From: Enoplolaimus lenunculus
Lineage: Eukaryota
DNA: 64,000 nt
Direction of reading: 5' to 3'
Assembly: GCA_030248215.1 (NCBI GenBank)
Contig: JASANG010000611.1
Span: 248,001 to 312,000 of the forward strand
Positions 27,501-41,284 of the stretch are shown piece by piece (within the stretch, counting starts at the first letter, position 1; each line of letters starts with the position of its first letter). The position numbers and the translations under genes are program-made. Below the pieces are notes generated by a model. The model was not told the DNA's origin, made no database searches, and saw only the letters and a list, made by a program, of their open reading frames with translations.

Positions 27501-28571
27501 GCTAATAGCACCTAGTTTTGCAAGTTTTGTCTTCGTATCACTAACATTATCATACTGAAAAAATAATTTCTGGCTTAGCCGTGTATATAAGTGCATTGAG
27601 CAATATTTGGTGCCCTTCAAAAAATTTTCCATTGCATGGTGTTATTGATTGGTCATAAAAGTGACATTAAATTAATGTATAATTATTGTTAATGATTGTG
27701 TATGATAGTCAGCGTTATTTTTTAACAACTGCGTGTAGCGTATTAGTTGTCAACGCAACCTAAAGTTTAAACAGTAAACTGATTTGGCAGAACGACGAGC
27801 GTTTTTAATTTTAGTCGGCTGAATTTTCATGCCTAAAGCAAACTAACACTTGTTTTAGGCTTCATGAGATTTTTGTTATCCTCAAGACAGTCGAAAAGTG
27901 ATTTTCGGCCAGATGATGACCATTTTACGCTAGAACCCGACAAACGAGCGATGTCAAAAGCATGCGAAGAAGTCAATGAATATTTCAAAGAACAGGTAAT
28001 CCACATTGAAGCTGAAGTAGTCTGCTTTGTATATGTACCACGATTGCTATTGTAAATATGTTATGTATCTGTGTCTGTATCGACACCCTCACCCATCGGT
28101 GTGATTTAGGTGTTGTTTTCAAATATCTTAAAAAAATTGAAATTCGATTTAATGTTTTTGGTCAAATAATCTGAATTTCAGCAATAATATGCACATGTGT
28201 TATAGGTTCAAACATTTTGTGATACAATCGACGGTCAAAATCTTGATCTGTGCCTAGCAGAACTTGGAACTCGATTTCATCGTGTGATCATTGAACACAT
28301 CTATGCGTTTACGTACAATACCACTGGTGCCATGAACCTGTTGCTTGACATTGGTGTGTATCGGAAAACAGCGGAAGATTTGAAAATTCCTTTGGTTACA
28401 CAGCTGTTTGAAACGCTTCACGGACTGTGTAACTTGCTAGTTGTTGTGCCGGATAATCTTCGCGAGGCCAGCACGTCTGACATGCTTGCTGACGTAGACC
28501 GCGCAATACTTTTGAATTTTGTCCAACTACGTTCAGATTATAAAACGATAAGATTGAGTAATTTATTCTAA
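21587..28571 (+). CDS. EXOC5: Exocyst complex component 5 (Sec10), ~13 exons
   Basis: Exon 1 21587-21718 MLATVYAQELEQDPFDPDDFVERLAWR; later exons include LDNKINAVSTQVVHLGDQLQSVNTPRARAFEA (~23557-23702), LCVEHIDYAVELAL (~26830-27021) and terminal LFETLHGLCNLLVVVPDNL...NFVQLRSDYK (~28205-28571); GT-AG junctions. Confidence 0.95.
22214..22991 (-). repeat. Two direct copies (~22214-22566, ~22629-22991) of a ~355-bp tRNA-related repeat in EXOC5 intron 1
   Basis: Both run TGTGATAAGT ... AGGTCGTCCC(T/A)TGACCGCC; minus strand has GGCGTGGCTCACTGGATAGCGCG (box A) and GAGTTCGAAA (box B). Confidence 0.75.
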
Positions 28572-30067
28572 ATGCTAGTTGAATAAAATCCGTTATGAAA
28601 AACATAATATGTTGAGAAATGCTTTGTTTTGTAGTCTAATGTAAGATATTTTAGCTGGTACCGCTGGGTAAAAACTGTGGACTTTGCGAATAAAGTTCAC
28701 GATTACAGATTTTTCGTAGAACTGCCACGCGCTTAATGTATGCTGTTATGTATGTGCAATAATGCACAATGGGCAAGTTCATGAAGTTGGTATATTGTTG
28801 CAATGCCATTTTCTCTAGTCGTTTGGTTCCGGTCTTTAGAGCGATCAACTACCACTACCGTGTTCAACTTAAAAGGATGTATAGAATATTATGTATAATG
28901 TTTTATTTATTGTCATGTTATAATTATTTATTAATAAAATTTTAAGAAAGTTGTTTATTTGATGTACTTTATCGTGTTCACAGTAAAGCCAATCTTTAAA
29001 TTTGGAATGAGTTTGGATAGTTTTACTCTTAGCATTAACATAAATTGAGTGCCACGTGCTAATTTCTAAATAAGAAGTTTGGGTGCTTTGTCATAAAGAT
29101 CAGGGCCAATGTTACTTATAGGGTCGTAACAGTAGGTTCGGCGTATACCTAAACGTATACCTAAGCCTAAGCAAACAAATGTCTAGAATGAAAGCTTTCT
29201 CTTTTACAGACCCACCACAAACCGGGACGATGCTAAAAGTAACGGGCCAAGATCAGGAACCGATTTTGGCATCAAGGTACATGATATAATTAGACAATGC
29301 AGCATTCTAAAACGAATGGCCAATAAACTATAATGCGCGGAAACCGACCAGAAAGCAATTAGTCCACACTGAACACAGCAGGGTGTCAAACAGAACAGAA
29401 TTATACCGAACACAGCGCGAATTAACATGGTGAAATTTTTATAGCTTTACAAAAAATGCATCGTTCGGTGCGTTTCGCTATAAGTTAGATATAATTTTGA
29501 GAACAGAAACCAAAATTTTGTTAGCGCTTTATACAGAATCGCTAAATTTAACAAGTTAAACATTGTTTAAATTTCGGTTGTCATCCTGTTTCGGTAAATA
29601 GTATAGTATAGTGTTTCTGGTCGATTCTGCTGCTAGTTGCTTTGAAACTCAATTTTTGTATCCAGAAATTGAGTTCTGTGTAAAACTCGAAAGAAGAAAT
29701 ATCTGCCGGAATAGTCTACCATCCTCGGAAAATTTTGAACGGGAGCCCTGATGTCGCTATAACTTCGCCACTAGCTTTAGTTGCAAGAGCAATATATTTT
29801 AACACATCTGTACTTTGCGAGCATTTCCGTTATAGTATTAAGAATGAAATAATGTGTGGTCTAGTTGTATAACGATCGATTTGTTTTACAGTGTTAGATT
29901 TTGCATTAAAAACGTTCGACATTTTTTCGGTGTTTTAAATTAACATTAATAACTACCTCAACTGATGATAACTGCTGTGTTCGGTTCAGCACGCGCTCTC
30001 GTTTGATCCTCATATATAGAATATATTTGATGCTGAATTGACTCGATTTTGTAACTACCTCAAAAAA

Positions 30068-33000
30068 ATGATAACCGCTGCTTTTGGCCCAGTACGCGCT
30101 TTCGCGTCTTCCTCGCGATACGGTTGTCTTTGCTCGGTGGCGGCAATTGTACCTTCTGCAACAACACAACTGAAACGTAGTCTTCATTTGTCTTCTCCGT
30201 TTCGTTACGACGATTATGACAATAAATTTTTTTCACCTCCAGGACACAACACTATTGTTGGAGGAAGAAGAGTATGGGACGCGTTAACAGGTACGGTATT
30301 CACTGGTCATTTAGAAAGTCTGCACGGTACCAGGTCGGGTATTCCTAAAAAACTATGGTAGCTCCAGGGACGTAGCAAGGATTTCAATTGTGGAGGGTGT
30401 AAATCCCTTGCGTTTTTGCCCATCGAGTATAGAGTCCGGAAAAACTTGTACACTTAATTCATGCCGCACTGTAGTTTCGATATCATTTAATGCGACTTTT
30501 ATTACACATTTTGTACATTATCTTTATGTTAAACTTGTGCCAATGTTCAGAGCATAATGATAGTACAAAAACTTAGGGACATTTGTATGATATATCTGGT
30601 TCGATGTTCAGTTAGGTGTAATTTTATAGTAACCAAGCGGCCACTGGGGATTGCCACAATGATCTCTATGTTAACAAACTATTCGCCGCACATGGTATTC
30701 TTAGTGTTAATTGCAGGCGATTATTTTCGTGTCCGTAAACGTATCAAAGAAGCAGAGTACGACGTTTATCGCCGGAAAGGTTTGTTGTCACATCAGTGGC
30801 GTGACGTTTTTATGCATGATTTAATTCCATACGAAGTTCACTATTTGATCATTGGCGGTGGTGCGATCGGTAGCTCAATTGCATATTGGTTGCGACAGCG
30901 GTATCGCGATGAAGAAGTACGGGTTACTGTGATTGAACGCGACGATACTGTAAGTTTGTTTTGAATATATACTGTATTATGCATGACCCGTATTCTCAAC
31001 TGTGTGTAGTTTTAATTGCCAATTAGTCTTATATAGGTCATCAAACAATCTGCCTGCAATAGCTGAGGATAATTAGATTCCGCACAGTGTAGCAGCGTAA
31101 AATAAATGCGAAAATGTATCAAATTTCGAAGCGAACCATTCGACATCGCCATAACTTGTGCTATGTGCTAACGAATTTGAGGTTACGAGTCCCTTGGGAT
31201 TGTTCGCATATATATGTTTACACTTAACGGGTAAACTCTGTTAGGTGGATAGTCCCCCACTGTTGGACTGCCCAGATTGATTTCTCTCACTTTTTAGAGT
31301 GTGTTAGCATCATATAATCCTCGATATAATAATGTATGCCAGAAAAATGTATTTATCGGGCGGAAGCCCTAGAATATAACGCGAACGTCATATCTGGGAA
31401 GGTTTATTAGCCATAAATGTCGCTTAGCGATGCCAGAAGCGAATATTGTGTTCTGAATAAAAGTTGGCATACGGGTGTATAACGTATAAAATGGCCTCAG
31501 GTTCCCCTAGACTTAACCTAGAAGAAGTCTTCCACTAGAAATCGAAGATGTGGTCATTCAATAAATGAGAGAACGTGGAGTGCTGACGAAAACGTTCTCC
31601 GAGCAACATGCCGTCTACTTAAAGATTTTGAAACGTTGAAAAACTGTTAGCTCAATATCTAGCATCTTGTAGTTTCATACCTTATGCCAACAAATCCTAT
31701 TAGTAAATAGGAGCTTTGTGATGCTGTATTAAGTTGCATTCGGCTCTGAGTGCAGGACAGTTTTCACGGAAATGCTTAACGGTTTTTCTAATTCTTGTTA
31801 GAAAACGAAAACAAAGGGTGTACACTTATGAACAAGTTGGCTTTAAGTGTATTCAATTGCATTTATTTATTTAGCTATCATAGACTTTATTGAAGTCTAC
31901 TTTTTAGTTCATTGTTGCGTTCTAGTTCAATCAGTCGTCATCAGTTTTGGGGATCGGCGGCCTTCGTCAACAGTTTTCGACACCTGAATTGATTGAAATG
32001 TCACAGTTCGGCGCAGAATTTTTGAGACATGCCGGAGAACATTTGAGGATGCTTGGTATGTCACTAAAATGTGCTGGGTATGTCTTGCTGTTCTATTATA
32101 TTTAGTTTTTGGTGGTTGTTTTTTGTACTGAGCAAACAATCAAGTTTTACTTCAAAATTCTAGTTTTTGTATTTTTATCGCTAGCCTTAAAATTGCGTAC
32201 GGACATTAAACGAGTGAGCTGTATGTAACATACGATTGTTTTAATAGAATTTGCTGTTTTATGACGACGTTTTAATTTCTTCTGTAATTGTGTCAAACTA
32301 AAAGACTTATAGAAGATCGTGAATCGATGAAGCTAAATTTCATGTTCGAAAGGAATGTGCCTGCAGTATCTATAAAACTGATCTCAGCAAGTATGTGTTG
32401 TATTAGTTTGTATATAAGACATACAAAACTTTTAATTGTTGCAAAATCTTTTGTGTTTTAGACTGCGAACCGCCTGATGTTCCGTTTACTCCAATGGGCT
32501 ATTTATTTCTTGCTCAAAATGAATGCGACAAGGAACGGCTTGAAAAAGATCACAAAACGCAGTTGTATGTTTCAATCACACACAATAAATATTTTATTTG
32601 ATGTGTTGCAGTTTTTATACATTGCAAGTTTTAGTCTGTAATTTAAAATTAATCATGTGTAGTATTTAGTACCTATTACAAGTTGGTCGAGTTTTGATTG
32701 GTGCTACTCGTGAGCCGTGTTTAATGTTTGTAGCTGCCGCCCTTCCATTGTTTGAATAACTATTGCTAACCGGTAATAGGTGGTACACATGTTTGAGTGG
32801 TCCTGATCATTGCCCTGCCTCACACTGCTGTTACGTAAACAGTACAATATTTGACCAATAATCTTTAAATCACGGAACTATTTCATGATTTGTTATACTG
32901 TATAGCTATTAGCAGTATTGTTTTGATCGTTATTGATTTAGACATTATGGAGTCAAAGTCGCATTGTTGACTCGTGAGGAATTGTCAGCGAAATTTCCCT

Positions 33001-36000
33001 TTATGAAGTTCGATGATGTTTTACTTGGTTCTTTAGGTAAATTATTTTTATTTATCATGAATGTCTACTTAGTGTTCTGATAAATGGCTGTTTTGTTTTA
33101 AAAAGGCGCAATCAGTGCCACATTCTAAACTTTTACAGCAGAAGTTCAATTAGATTGTCGAGAGATGTCTCTGTGGTGCATAGCATGCTAAAGCGGATCG
33201 CTGTTTGTATTAACCTGAGTCATATGATTTTACTGTGTACGAGTGAGAACGGAAAACATTGCTGTATTAACTGAATTAGGCTGATTTGGTTGAAGTATAC
33301 TGTTATAAGTTTTTACATGGATTCTATTATTCTTGTAGGTCTGGAGAACGAAGGCGTTTTTGATAGTTGGAGCTTTCTTACAGCACTGCGAGAAAAAAAT
33401 TTAGCATTGGGCGTTCAATACATTAAAGCTGAGCTAACAGGTGATATTGTGTGTTTTATTTTGTTGCCTTGTCAATGCTTATCTTTAAAGCAATCAAATA
33501 AATTATCCTTGTTTTTGCAGAATTAGAAAGAAAATGTAAGTAGAGGTAAACGAAAATACGAGTACATTTTTGCTTCAGATTTCTGTTTTGAACCTGTTCA
33601 TGATCTGAGCGCTGAAGCAAGCTTGCCAAGACATGAGCACTGGAAATATGAGATGCTTCGTGGTGTTGTTGTAAGAATTGAATGCATTTTCATTTATTTC
33701 ATTGTTTTTATAGTTTTATGGATGCAGGGGTAACAACAGTCTTAGCTGGGGCATTTTGTTGTTTGACAAGCCTTAGAACCGAACCGTTGCTAAATCTTTG
33801 CTAAATGGTCCAATTTTTGCCTGGGGTTATAATTACTACTATTGAGCGTTATTTGTCGTTTAAGATTAAGCCACATGCTTCTTCGGCAGCACCGCGACCA
33901 ATTCGATGTATGATGTGCATTAATGCGGCTGGAGCTTGGGCTGGACAAATAGCAACAAAAGGACGTTGCGGATATGGCAACGATATTTTATCGTTGCCGG
34001 TTCCGATTGTGAAAAGGTTATCATGATGTGTCTGTGTGGTTTAATTGCTAATCAATCAGATCGTGTCGTTAATTTTGTTTTAGTAGGGAAAATCCAGTTG
34101 CTAGTGGTAGGTTAGTGGTTAATAAAGAATTTTTATGCGTAGTCACTGTACCGTGATGCTTACACACGGTTGGTGTTAAAATAAGTGCGTTCATTTGAAG
34201 TATATATAATTGTACAAACATTGTCTACCAATCGGGTTTGTAAGTCTTGTTTTTGCCTGCATCTTAATTTATTTTATCGTGCCAGCAAGGGCATGTCTAT
34301 GTTTGTTTTAGGAAACGGCACGTATTTGTATTTTACTGTCCGGAAGGCCCCGGTTTAGCTATGCCATTTCTCGTAGACCCCTCAGGTGTATGGTGCAGAC
34401 GCGATGGCATCGGACACATCTACCACTGTGGCTACGAACCAACGAAGGTAATAAGTAATGCAATGATAATATGGTGTCTTTAAGTGTTGTTCAGACTACA
34501 TAGTGTACGGGTGCAGTGTGACATTAAAATTTTATCAACAACTGCAGCGCAACCCTAATCTCATATTGCATCCTACGTTTAATTCTAAACTTAAGTCTAA
34601 ACTATTGGTTTCTCTGTGCGTTTCAAACCTTACACTTTATTTTGAAAAGTGAAGGACATTATAATCTTATTGAGTTACAGGAAGAAGACGAAAAAATCGA
34701 CCACAAAACGCTTTCAATTGAAGAAGATATATTTTACGAGAAAATACTGCCAGTTCTTATCAGAAGGGTGCCATCCTTTGCATCACTTAGGGTATGGAAT
34801 GTTTAATTATTTTGATTGTATTTTTGACAGGAATAGATGACTTTTAACAAGTAAAAAGTTGAATAATATTTAAAATGTCAGAATTCAATATTGTTGAGCA
34901 GGCATGTACGCGTGATTTAATTTCGGAGGATTCCGCTCCCATACAAATATAAATTTCAAGGGTTCCGTATTGCGTTTACGGCCTTTCAGTTTTACTAAAA
35001 ACCAGTGATTGACAGTTGCACTGCTGTTCAGATTTTCTCCAAATATGCCTTGATTCAATTTCAGTACTAACTCCGAGACAAGTTGCAAAGTGCCGGTACT
35101 AATTTCTGCAAAATGCAAAATTTTTGTGTCGGTGCACCTTTTCACTTTTGTTTGACTCCTCAACTTTTTAACGCAGTTTCTTAAGCGTTTGAAATTTTTC
35201 GCCAAACAAATTTTGTAGGTTGGCCAAGCCGGGGAACTCTACCTGCATCAGTTTTTAAATTTTAGTATTAGCGAAAGCTTTAAAATACTATGAATAGTAT
35301 GTAGTAAGTGCAGATTCTGATTGGTTATCATACTGTTAACAGAGTATTGGTTATGTTTATTCATTATATTAATTGTTTCAGTATAAAAACGCGTGGGCTG
35401 GTTATTACGATGTTAATTTGTTTGATAACCTTCCAGTCATTGGTGAACACCCGATATATACAAATTTTTATCAGGTTTGAAAATTTTTTAGTCAGATTTT
35501 CAAACATAGCTCCAATCTTGTACCTTCTTCTTCTGCTTCTCAAAACCGCGATCTACTGACCATAGGCCACGCCAGATTTGAGTCTAGCGCATGCGCGGAG
35601 AAAGCGGATAACATTGGCCGGCTCATCAAACAGCACCGTTTCAGACTTGACGGGTAGATATAGGTGTCGAACACTGTCGCCAATGGGACAGTCCCACAGT
35701 GCATGGTTTAGGTCATCCATCTCGTAGTTGCACACTGAGCATCTTGGGTTTGGTGCTTTCCGAATGTGATGTAGGTACCAATTGAGGATTGGCGACTTTT
35801 CACCACATCTGAGCTGTGCCAAAATTCTCCGTTCCCGTCTTGACAGGTTGGCTTCTTTATCTCTGTTGGGTGGGGGTCTGATGCCGGCTCTCATCAGTTC
35901 GGCTGCCAACTTGTTTCGGTGTATGCGTTTGATGGTAGTTTTAGCCGTCTTGAAGTCGATTGGGGCATCTGATTGTTCCATTCTGTTCCCTTCTCCAGCA

Positions 36001-38877
36001 AGTTTGTCGGCTTCTTCGTTGCCTTCTGTGCCAGCATGGCCAGGGATCCATTGGACAATGACTTTCTTGACCCTATTACACACTTCTGACATTGCAGTCC
36101 AGAGATTCTCGAAGCTCTTGGTTTTGATTGAGATGATTCCTCCATTGAGGTTCATGACTAGAGATTGCGAGTCGGTCAAGATCCATATGACATCCGTGGT
36201 TTGCAGTGGCAAGTTTCTCAGTTCGTGCAGTCCTTTTGTCATTGCAGTTTGCTCGGCTTTGTAGCTGGAAGTAAACCGGCCTGCCGGAAGGCAAAGCCTA
36301 ATCTCACGGTCCTCCATTTTGATGTAAATACCGGCGCCTCCATTTTCGAATGATTCAATTGCTGATCCATCCGTAAACATTGTAATGGTAGGCGGATCTA
36401 AGCTACTCAGCGTCGCTTCTGCAGCTTGCTTTCTGGTTTCAGGAGTGTCTGTTTTGCGTGCCTCAATCGTTAGCTGACAGTTTGTTTCAAGGTTACTCGG
36501 TCTTCTCCATGGGCACATGTTTGGCAGCACGAGTTCTTCTCTTGGCAGTGATTCTAGACCTGTATCGGTTGCGATTGCTTTGCCCGTTTCACGCCACGAT
36601 CGTACAGATTTCAGCCTTTCATTGATAGAGCTATCTGCTGCGGTACGCAAGGGATTCGATGGTGGCAGTCTTTTAGCTTTTTCGTATGCTGTGGTGGCTA
36701 AGATAGCCTTCCGGTCTCGAAGCGGGACAAGGCCAGCCTCATTGAGCGTCTTCTTCTCATTTGAACCTGCACACGGTCCAGCTATGATTCTTGCACCGGC
36801 TGTTTGTTCCCGTTGCAGTTGTTTCATCGATGTTTCAGTAGCCAGTGGCATCCATGCACCGCCTGCGTATTCGATTGCGCTTTGTATGTAGGCCAAGAAC
36901 ACCGCTTTTAGATCTTCTTTAGCGCTTCCCCAGGACTTTCCCGCGATTGCTTTCATGGCGGAGAGTTTGCCTCGGACTTTCTTCTTCATTAGGGCCACGT
37001 GTTTGGTAAACGACAGCGTTCTGTCGAAGGTGATCCCAAGGAATTTTGGGCTATCCGTAACACTGACTCTGGATCCATCCAAGTAGCACACGTTGGGTTT
37101 ATGGCTCGCTTCTTTGTTATTTTTTGTGAAATAACAAACTTCGGTCTTTCCTTTGCTGATTGTCATTTTCCATCTTTTAGCCCACTTTTCCAGTACGTGT
37201 ACCGCCTCTTGCATTCTCTTGGCCGCATGATTCTTGTTTTCATCTCTCGTGATAAGCGCGACATCATCAGCGAAAAGACTGACCTCCACTTTGGGGGGTA
37301 GTTCGTCGGCAATGTCGTTGATGAAACACAGGAACAATGAGGGCGATAACACCGTACCTTGAGGGACACCGCCATGGAATGGCCTGTAGCTCGAATCAGC
37401 GTATTCGTACTCAACCTTTGCTTTCCGCCCTCTGAGGAAGTTCTTTATGCATCGGTACATACATCGTGGCATCTTCATGTTCTCCAGCTTCTGTAGCAGA
37501 CCTGCGTGCCATGCGGTATCGAAAGCTGTGCTGAAATCTACAAGTAGCATCACTGACTTCTCTTTGTTCTGAAATCCATCGGCTATGTACTGCGTGATTC
37601 GTTGTACTTGTTGCTCCGTACTCCGTAGCGATCGGAATCCATTCTGGTTCGGGCTGAGCTTGTTCGATGATTCTAGCCAAAAGGACAGTCTGGTTTTCAG
37701 CATTCTTTCGAACACTTTACATACGCAGCTTGTCAGGCTTATCGGTCTGTACGAACCGAGCTCCGCTGGATCCTTTCCGGCTTTGAGTAACGGTTTGATT
37801 GTTGCAACTTTCCAATCGGTTGGCATGAAACCGCTAGCCAGGACTTTGTTGAACAGCAGAAGTAATGTGATCTTGCCATTTTCAGATATGTTCGCAAGCA
37901 TTAGGTTATGTATTCCATCAGTTCCAGGGGCGCTGTTCGGCTTTAATTTCGAAAGAGCATGCTCAAGTTCGTTTGCCCTGAAAGGCTCGCAGTATACACA
38001 TCCAGCGCACTTTCCGCGGATCTTTTGTAGCTTGCGTTGAGCTGGCCTATCTTCATTGGCGCACTTCACATTGCTTACTCTGGCGTACATTTTGCAGAAA
38101 GCGGTAGCCTTCGCTTTGCTGGCTGTGATTGTTTTCCCGGCCACCACTAACGCTTCACCAGACTTTCTTTCTTTTAAACGGCCGTCGATCGCCGCCAGCG
38201 TTCGGAATACTTTGCTGTTGTCTGTTTTTGCACCTAGCTTGTTCACCTCGCTTCTCCAGAATTCCCGTTTGGCCTTCATAGTTGCACGTCGTGCTAGTCT
38301 GCATGAATCTTTCCAATTTTTCATGTCCGATTCGCTCCTGTGGGCAAGCTTCCCGAGTTCTCTACGATTGTGGAAAGCGTTTCTGACTTCGTCGTCCCAC
38401 CACGGCTTTGGGTTCACGACTTTACAGTAATACAGAACGCTACGTAAAGTTACTTCCAAGAAGGAATTTCAGACATTTCGAAAAACGTGACGTTGTACTT
38501 TTAAGCATTAAGCTTATAGTAAATTAATACCACCTCAGCTTTATAACAATATCGTTCAACTCTACGTAAATATATTTTCTAGACGTCCCTTTCAGTTTTA
38601 TGTGAACAGTTTGATGTTTTAAAACTATACACCTCTAAAAATTCAAATTTTTCATTATATTAAATCCATTGTTTTTATGCAGCGCATGGATGTAGAATTG
38701 TTTGACTTTCAGGTTTCGGGTTTCGGTGGGACCGGTCTCCAACATTCACTCGCAGTTGGTCGAGCTATGATGGAAAAGCTTCTTGATGGCGCCTATATTG
38801 CAATCAATTTAAGAAAATTTGATCTGCTGCGATTTATGCACCATAAAAAGATTGAATCGGAACGTAGACAAGTGTAG
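30068..38877 (+). CDS. FOXRED1: FAD-dependent oxidoreductase domain-containing protein 1 (mitochondrial complex I assembly factor), ~12 exons
   Basis: Transit-peptide-like exon 1; IIGGGAIGSSIAYWL...VTVIERD (30717-30949); GGLRQQFS (31926-32055); ENEGVFDSW; INAAGAWA; PFLVDPSGVW; AWAGYYD (35382-35474); GFGGTGLQHSLAVGRA (38713-38877). Confidence 0.95.
35524..38430 (-). mobile_element. 5'-truncated non-LTR retrotransposon (I superfamily, ingi-like) in the last FOXRED1 intron; RT + RNase H + zinc knuckle
   Basis: Uninterrupted ORF 38459-35553: KPWW, SAPGTDGI, YRPISLTS, GVPQGTVLSP, FADD, RNase H FTDGS/SSYKAE/TDSQS/WIPGHAGTEGNEEAD, CSVC-x8-H-x4-C; short 3' UTR ending in (GAA)n; no endonuclease domain. 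Confidence 0.93.
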
Positions 38878-39530
38878 CTTTTAGAACCTAGCGTGTCACA
38901 AAATTTTTTTGTTTTGTTCAAGCAAGACACTTGTATTGCATCCATTTTGGTAAAAAATTTAGTTCTGACATCTTTGGCGTGTATCCTGTATATTGCTTTT
39001 ATTATTTGCGTTTGGGCCACGACTGTTGAAAAACACTTTTATCCTGAGAATTTATCAGCAGCTGTACGATTTATTGTAAGGAATTCAGTTAGATTCAAGT
39101 CGGAAGGAAAGAATCTAGATTTATTTTGTCTGTGATTCACAAAAGAAGTTTTTTGTACTCTATTATATACGAGCGTTAATCAATTTGCTTCGCGGGATGA
39201 TGGAAACAGAGCTACACTAAGGATGTGCTGATTAATCGGCATAGGTATTAATCGGCAATCTTCATGATACAGTATATGCGAACTGGTTCCGCCGAATCCC
39301 TAAATCCACTTCGCCTTCTTTGTTAACAACGGGATATAAGCGGATGTCTGGTTCGGCAGAAAATCGACGTCCGGCTCCGGTAGAATTTTAGCCGGTTCCG
39401 GCAATTTCGGCTGTGAAATGTTGCATAGTTCTACTAACTTATTTGTTGGCCGCGTTTCGTTTTTTAACTTTTGGTACAATTTTGAGGAAAAATTGTCGAG
39501 TATTTGTAAAAAATAAGCTTAAAACTAATC

Positions 39531-39709
39531 GGCCCATGTACAGAACAGAGCCGGAACAATAGTATAACCATATTGCTAAGCCTAAGCCTAACCGTATGGA
39601 TGAGCCTATTCCTTGGCCTAAGCCTAAGCAAAAAACTTAGTCTAAAGCTTAAACCGACTCTATTATAGACCGTACGGAAAACGATCCGGCCCTGTTTTAT
39701 ACATGGGCC
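39531..39709. mobile_element. MITE-like repeat carrying TTAGGC hexamers
   Basis: Perfect 10-bp TIR GGCCCATGTA / TACATGGGCC; internal GCCTAAGCCTAA; homologous to 12771-12957. Confidence 0.75.
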
Positions 39710-39778
39710 AACTAATCGATATGACAACACATTGCAGATTACTAAACTAAAGAAACCAAACATCATTTTAGCTTTTAA

Positions 39779-41284
39779 CCCTCAATGGCCCGACAGTCTA
39801 CATATGTAGACATAACCAGTTCGACAATTGATTGTTCGGCAGGTGCTATAGTTAAGAATCTATTGTTTAATTTCCATCGATAATTATTCTGTTATAGTAG
39901 TATAAAAAACTTATAGCATTGTGGGAACAAAAGTTTGCTGTACAGTGAGTCATATACCTATATAACCCGACCGTCTACATATGTAGACAGATGTTGATTT
40001 GATCATAGTTTGAGTTTTGACAAGAATTGGAACGTTTTGTTCTTACACACGGTTTTGTATGGTGAGGTAAAGTCAGGGAAATGTCAGGTTTGCATAAATT
40101 ATCTTTGACTGAGGTCGTACGACGTGTATTAGAACCAAGTGATTCAGAGACAGAAGATCAAACCGGACGACAATAGTTCAAATACGACTCAGAATCAGTT
40201 GAGTTAGGTCAATGCAGTAGTGAAGAGGCTGCTATTTATGAGCAAGATAGTGATGGTGAATTACAAAAACAATCGGACGCATCTAGTAGTGAGTTGAGCG
40301 ATATGGACGAGACTTCTAGTGGAAGTAATGTGTTTTTGTCAGCGACGGGTGTTGAGTGGCATTCTACAACACCGCCTGTCCGTGTGTTAGCTAGAAATAT
40401 AATTCGCTTTCGCGAAGGCACTGCAGTAAACCCTACAACAGAGTCACAAGCATTTTATCTTTATATAAACGAGCCCATTTTACATACAATTCAGCGACTC
40501 ACTAGTAGGCGACTGCGGGCGCGCAATTTTTCAACGCTACCAATGTGCGAGCTGAAAGCTTGGCTTGGGGTGGTAATCAGAGCTGGTGCAGATCGCGATA
40601 ACATGTCTCCAGTGGCTTCACTATTCACCAAAAACGACAGCAGGCCCTTTTACCGCTGCGCGCTGTCAAAAACAGAATGAAACAGTTGCTGGAAAATGTA
40701 ACATTCGACAACAAACTGACTCGCCGGGAGCGTCAAAAAAGTGACAAAATGGCTGCTATACGAGATGTTTGGGACCTATTTCAGTCCAACTTACGTCTTC
40801 ACGGATATCAAAAATCACGCAATGTTTTCATGAAAAAAGTAGCCGAACAACTAGCGCAAGACAATATGACCAAACGTTACAGTAGTGAAAAAATTTACGC
40901 AAAATCAAAGGATTCATTTATGGCTTACGGGCTGCCTCAAAAGCGAAACGAACCTTCTACATCTGGTAAACCGACCAAATGTCAGGTCACAAGTTGTCGC
41001 AAATCTACGAGATTGAGCTGTTCGTCATGTGGAAAACGAGTGTGCAAGGACCACATGAATCGCACCATAACGTGCAACGACTGTGCTTAACTGGACAACG
41101 CGCCCGCAGTGGGAGGCTGGACGGGGAGCGGGTGGAACTCCGCCAGAACACTAGTTCTGACTGTCTCAAGCCAGTTAAAGGAGGAGAGCACCCTGAGATA
41201 AGCCAAAACTAACGCTAGTTGTGTTGTCTACATATGTAGACCGTTGGGCTGATTAAGGTGAAAATTTTGCCGGGCCGTTGAGGG
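39779..41284 (+). mobile_element. Internally deleted piggyBac transposon
   Basis: TTAA TSDs (39775-39778, 41285-41288); TIR CCCTCAA(T/C)GGCCCG(A/G)CA; palindrome GTCTACATATGTAGAC at 39796, 39973, 41226; transposase remnants: acidic N-terminus, ELKAWLG, FDNKLTRRERQKSDKMAAIRDVWDLF, C-terminal Cys-rich domain; DDD core absent. Confidence 0.93.

Noticed and set aside
28571..30068. EXOC5-FOXRED1 operon
   Set aside because: Same strand, but ~1.1 kb separates the AATAAA (~28933) from the next ATG and a repeat lies between; SL2-type trans-splicing cannot be shown from sequence.
35782..38430. Several 100-160 aa plus-strand ORFs over the LINE
   Set aside because: Antisense shadows of the long RT ORF with no recognisable motifs.
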